A DNA stretch of 64,000 bases from a virus (Duplodnaviria; Caudoviricetes). Numbering within the stretch: position 1 is the stretch's first letter; each line of letters starts with the position of its first letter. The stretch spans positions 128,001-192,000 of the IMG/VR virus record IMGVR_UViG_3300026085_000093; one strand, given 5' to 3'. Under the pieces are notes generated by a model. The model made no database searches. It was not told the origin of the DNA and was given only the letters and a program-made list of their open reading frames with translations. A program made the position numbers and the translations under genes. Below, one piece after another: positions 60,823 to 64,000 of the stretch.

Positions 60823-61434
60823 ATGAGAATCGCGATTTGTATTCCAGCACGGGATACAGTTCACACAGGATTTGCTTTATGTTTAGCAAATCTCACAGCA
60901 CGTCTGCAACGAGACGGAATAGAATTTGTTGTTCTATTCAATCTTGGCAGTGTGATTGCCAACCAAAGAAACTCGCTAGTTTGGGATGCCTTTGCCAAAG
61001 GGGCATCCCACATACTTTGGTTAGATAGCGATATGCACATACCATCAAATGTTGTTGATGTGTTCCTTAAACATAAAAAAGATATTGTTGCTGCAACCTA
61101 CAGCACACGAGTCAAACCGCAACGCAGTGTTGCGTTTACCGATCAATACAACTTAGACAGTAGACTGACAGAGTCAAAAGGTTTACACGAAGTTTTTGCA
61201 GTAGGTCTTGGATGTATGTTAGTTGATAGAGATGTGTATCGTGTATTAGATGCACCTTGGTTTAACTATACATGGAACGAGGACACACACGACCTTAGCG
61301 GTGAAGATATTCACTTTTGTAAGTTAGTCAGAGATAATGGTTATAAAATATATGTAGATGCTGATATAAGTGAAAAGGTTGCACACTTCGGCACTAAGGC
61401 ATATATGTTAAGAGAAACAAATGAATTCAGTTAG
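60823..61434 (+). CDS. GT-A fold (GT2-like) glycosyltransferase
   Basis: IAICIPAR, HILWLDSD (DxD), GLGCMLVDRDVY, GEDIHFC, GYKIYVD. Confidence 0.8.
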   Translation: MRIAICIPARDTVHTGFALCLANLTARLQRDGIEFVVLFNLGSVIANQRNSLVWDAFAKGASHILWLDSDMHIPSNVVDVFLKHKKDIVAATYSTRVKPQRSVAFTDQYNLDSRLTESKGLHEVFAVGLGCMLVDRDVYRVLDAPWFNYTWNEDTHDLSGEDIHFCKLVRDNGYKIYVDADISEKVAHFGTKAYMLRETNEFS

Positions 61435-63949
61435 TAGATTTGAAAGATTTAGTAAAAACATTTATAACGGACAAGATGTCCTAAAAAATCACATTTTTCA
61501 ATGTTATCCAATACTACACACAGACGATGTAGAAGATTATGAACAAGTAAGAGATTATGCAGAAGTTGCTGATTATGTTTGGCTTGTTGACAAATCAATT
61601 AAAGTATTAAATACATTTCCTTGGCATTTTAGGCCAAGCATTGAACAAAGTAACGGCATTCACTTGTTTCCGTATGTAAGAAAAAAGAGTAGACATCCTA
61701 AAAGTTGGAATAAAGTACAACTAGTTCCAACAAAGTTTGATGCAAAAAAGAAATATACTCACAACAATATTTGTGGTGTATATGATCCATATTACGGTAA
61801 AGAAAAATTTGATATATTCTTCTTAGGTAGCCGTAAAGATAGCGAATATAAAAAATTAAAAGAAAAATACAATATACAAATTGTTGACACTTATAGTCAA
61901 GCACAAGAACTAACTTCGACTGATATGTTTTGGTTAATACCAAATGATGTTACAGTATCAGAAAACTTCGACTTTTCTTTTGAACCAGACGAATGGAGTT
62001 ACAAATATAATCATGTGTTTGGAAATGGAAAAAGAAATCAATTTGACGGCATATTTTTGTGTAACAAATTCTATAATCCCTCAAATAGAGAAATTGACTA
62101 TAGATTTTTAATTAACAAAAAAGAAGTCCGTATGATTGCAAGTACACCTAAGCCATATGACTTTTTTGAAATTGATAATTATGACGAATACAAAACTGCA
62201 CTTGAATCATCTACAACAGAAATGTTTTGGATGAGCAGTAAAAATATAAAAGTTAATATTGATCTTGACTTTTATATTTCACACCATGAAAAAGATCTTA
62301 AAAACAAAACACATGCATTTTTGCATAGCAATAACAAGTACAATGGATTATTTTTGTGTTCTAAAAACAAAGTACTCTCAGAAAAAGAAGTTACTTATAG
62401 ATTTCCTGTAGAACGCATTGAACATGATATTGTAGCAACAGGACCTGTAACTTATGATAGATTCTATGTTGATTCGTATGAAGAATATGAATATGCACTG
62501 AATAATTCCAAAACAGAAATGTTTTGGATGGACAGTAAAAACATCAGCAGCGATATACCAGAGATATATTTTGACTTTGAAAACGAATACGACAGACAAA
62601 CAAATCATGCTTTTGTACACGATGCTGATGGAAGGCAATTATACAACGGCTTGTTCCTTTGTTCAACAAAAAAACCTCTTAACAAAAAAGAAGTTGAACA
62701 CAGACACATCATTGAAAGAAAAGAATGGAAAGTTATTGGCTCAACAGGAGTCAAGTATGAAAAATTTTATATTGACACTTATGGTGAATATCTAAATGCG
62801 CTAGAGCAAAGCAAAACAGAGATGTTTTGGGCATTAAGTAGAAATATAAAAATAAAGAAAAACTTTAAATTCGACAAGTATTTTACACACGACAATATGT
62901 TTGATAGAAAAATTAATCATGCGTTTTTACATGATGTTGATGGTGAAAAACTTTATAGTGGTGTATTTTTATGTAGCAAGTACTCAAAGCTTTCTAAAAA
63001 AGAAATAGAATTTAGACATCCGGTAAACCGTAAAGAATGGAATGAAGTTGCAAGTACAAAAACTAGATATGATGTATTTGATATAACATCGTACGATGAT
63101 TACTTAGATGCAATGCAAAAATCTAAAACAGAAATGTTTTGGGGTAAGTTACAAAATTTATCAGTTATTGATGAATCAATTTTTGATTTGTATTTTACAC
63201 ATGACAATACGTTTGATAGAAAGACCAATCATGCGTTTTTACATAAAGTAAATGATAAACTAACTTATGACGGACTATATTTGTTTTCAAAACATAAGCC
63301 TGTAACTAAAAAAGAAATTGATTACAAACATATTGTTGAAAGAAAAGAGTATGAACGAGTAATAAGTGGACCTGTTCTTTACGACATTTTTGACGTAGAT
63401 AATTATGATGAATACTTGGAAGCACTAAGCAAATCTACAACAGAAATGTTTTGGATTAAAAGTAGAAATGTTGAAATTGATCCTAACTTTAAGTTTGATT
63501 TATTCTTTGATAACAGAGACAATGAATTTGAATACGAAAGAAATGAAAATCATGTTTTTGTACACAAAGTAGGAAATAAAGAATACTATAACGGTGTGTT
63601 TTTAATGAGCAAAAACAAACCTGTAAGTAAAAAAGAAATTGAACATAGACATCTTGTTACTAGAAAAGAATGGAATACTGTTGCAAGTGGGCCTGTAGAA
63701 TATGATAGATTTATTATTGATACCTATGAAGACTATCTTAAAGCACTAGATGAATCTACAACAGAAATGTTTTGGGCTATTTCGTCAAACGTTGATACAA
63801 GTAATTTTAACTTTGATATTTACTTTACACACGATAATGAATATGATAGAAGTACTTCTCATTCATTCATACACGAAGTCGAAGGTAAGCAATATCATAA
63901 TGGTATTTTTCTATTACCAAAAAATGTATCAAGAGATAAGATTAATTAA
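61421..63949 (+). CDS. Tandem-repeat protein (842 aa) with seven ~100-aa S(T/K)T(E/D)MFW repeats
   Basis: Repeated YDxFxIDxYxEYxxALxxSxTEMFW...FTHD..NHAF.H...YxGxFLxSK units; overlaps the upstream GT gene by 14 nt. Confidence 0.8.
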   Translation: MNSVSRFERFSKNIYNGQDVLKNHIFQCYPILHTDDVEDYEQVRDYAEVADYVWLVDKSIKVLNTFPWHFRPSIEQSNGIHLFPYVRKKSRHPKSWNKVQLVPTKFDAKKKYTHNNICGVYDPYYGKEKFDIFFLGSRKDSEYKKLKEKYNIQIVDTYSQAQELTSTDMFWLIPNDVTVSENFDFSFEPDEWSYKYNHVFGNGKRNQFDGIFLCNKFYNPSNREIDYRFLINKKEVRMIASTPKPYDFFEIDNYDEYKTALESSTTEMFWMSSKNIKVNIDLDFYISHHEKDLKNKTHAFLHSNNKYNGLFLCSKNKVLSEKEVTYRFPVERIEHDIVATGPVTYDRFYVDSYEEYEYALNNSKTEMFWMDSKNISSDIPEIYFDFENEYDRQTNHAFVHDADGRQLYNGLFLCSTKKPLNKKEVEHRHIIERKEWKVIGSTGVKYEKFYIDTYGEYLNALEQSKTEMFWALSRNIKIKKNFKFDKYFTHDNMFDRKINHAFLHDVDGEKLYSGVFLCSKYSKLSKKEIEFRHPVNRKEWNEVASTKTRYDVFDITSYDDYLDAMQKSKTEMFWGKLQNLSVIDESIFDLYFTHDNTFDRKTNHAFLHKVNDKLTYDGLYLFSKHKPVTKKEIDYKHIVERKEYERVISGPVLYDIFDVDNYDEYLEALSKSTTEMFWIKSRNVEIDPNFKFDLFFDNRDNEFEYERNENHVFVHKVGNKEYYNGVFLMSKNKPVSKKEIEHRHLVTRKEWNTVASGPVEYDRFIIDTYEDYLKALDESTTEMFWAISSNVDTSNFNFDIYFTHDNEYDRSTSHSFIHEVEGKQYHNGIFLLPKNVSRDKIN

Positions 63950-64000
63950 TTCAAACACAGTTTGTAATTTGTTTTGATTAGTTTTACTACGCAAAGTATT

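Noticed and set aside
63750-63977. 75-aa alternative-frame ORF as a frameshift continuation of the repeat protein
   Set aside because: Its sequence after the main stop (MYQEIRLINSNTVCNLF) does not resemble the missing repeat tail.
1-64000. Stop-codon reassignment, tRNA or tmRNA genes
   Set aside because: Core genes are full-length in the standard code with dense packing; no cloverleaf with a T-loop and no tmRNA termini were recognised.

Overview
A 64-kb, AT-rich, gene-dense segment of a large T4-related (Rak2/jumbo-like, inferred) contractile-tailed dsDNA phage, covering virion morphogenesis. Minus strand 1-23.5 kb: baseplate operon with a giant >3850-aa gp7-like wedge ORF (missing from the ORF track because it runs off the left edge), gp6, gp25, a CHAP-like hydrolase, a gp5-like spike/lysozyme, hub, gp53 and a tube initiator. 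Plus strand 23.5-29 kb: gp55 late sigma factor, gp47/gp46 and a GIY-YIG nuclease. Next come a gp26-like chaperone divergent from the tape measure, the head operon (portal, protease, scaffold, major capsid), two giant paralogous fibre-like proteins (2334 and 3373 aa) and a glycosyltransferase cluster. The strongest unexplained signals are: (1) nine phycobiliprotein-like globin repeats retaining the bilin-binding CxRD-type motif in the giant virion proteins; (2) a probable programmed -1 frameshift, with slippery heptamer and strong downstream RNA structure, joining the gp26-like ORF to a start-less gp51-like ORF; (3) a ~470-nt ORF-free, highly structured region after the GIY-YIG gene; (4) a ~255-nt stand-alone non-coding transcription unit with its own sigma70 promoter and terminator next to a cold-shock-like gene; (5) apparently leaderless late mRNAs. 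All family assignments come from motif recognition by eye; no database searches or folding programs were run.
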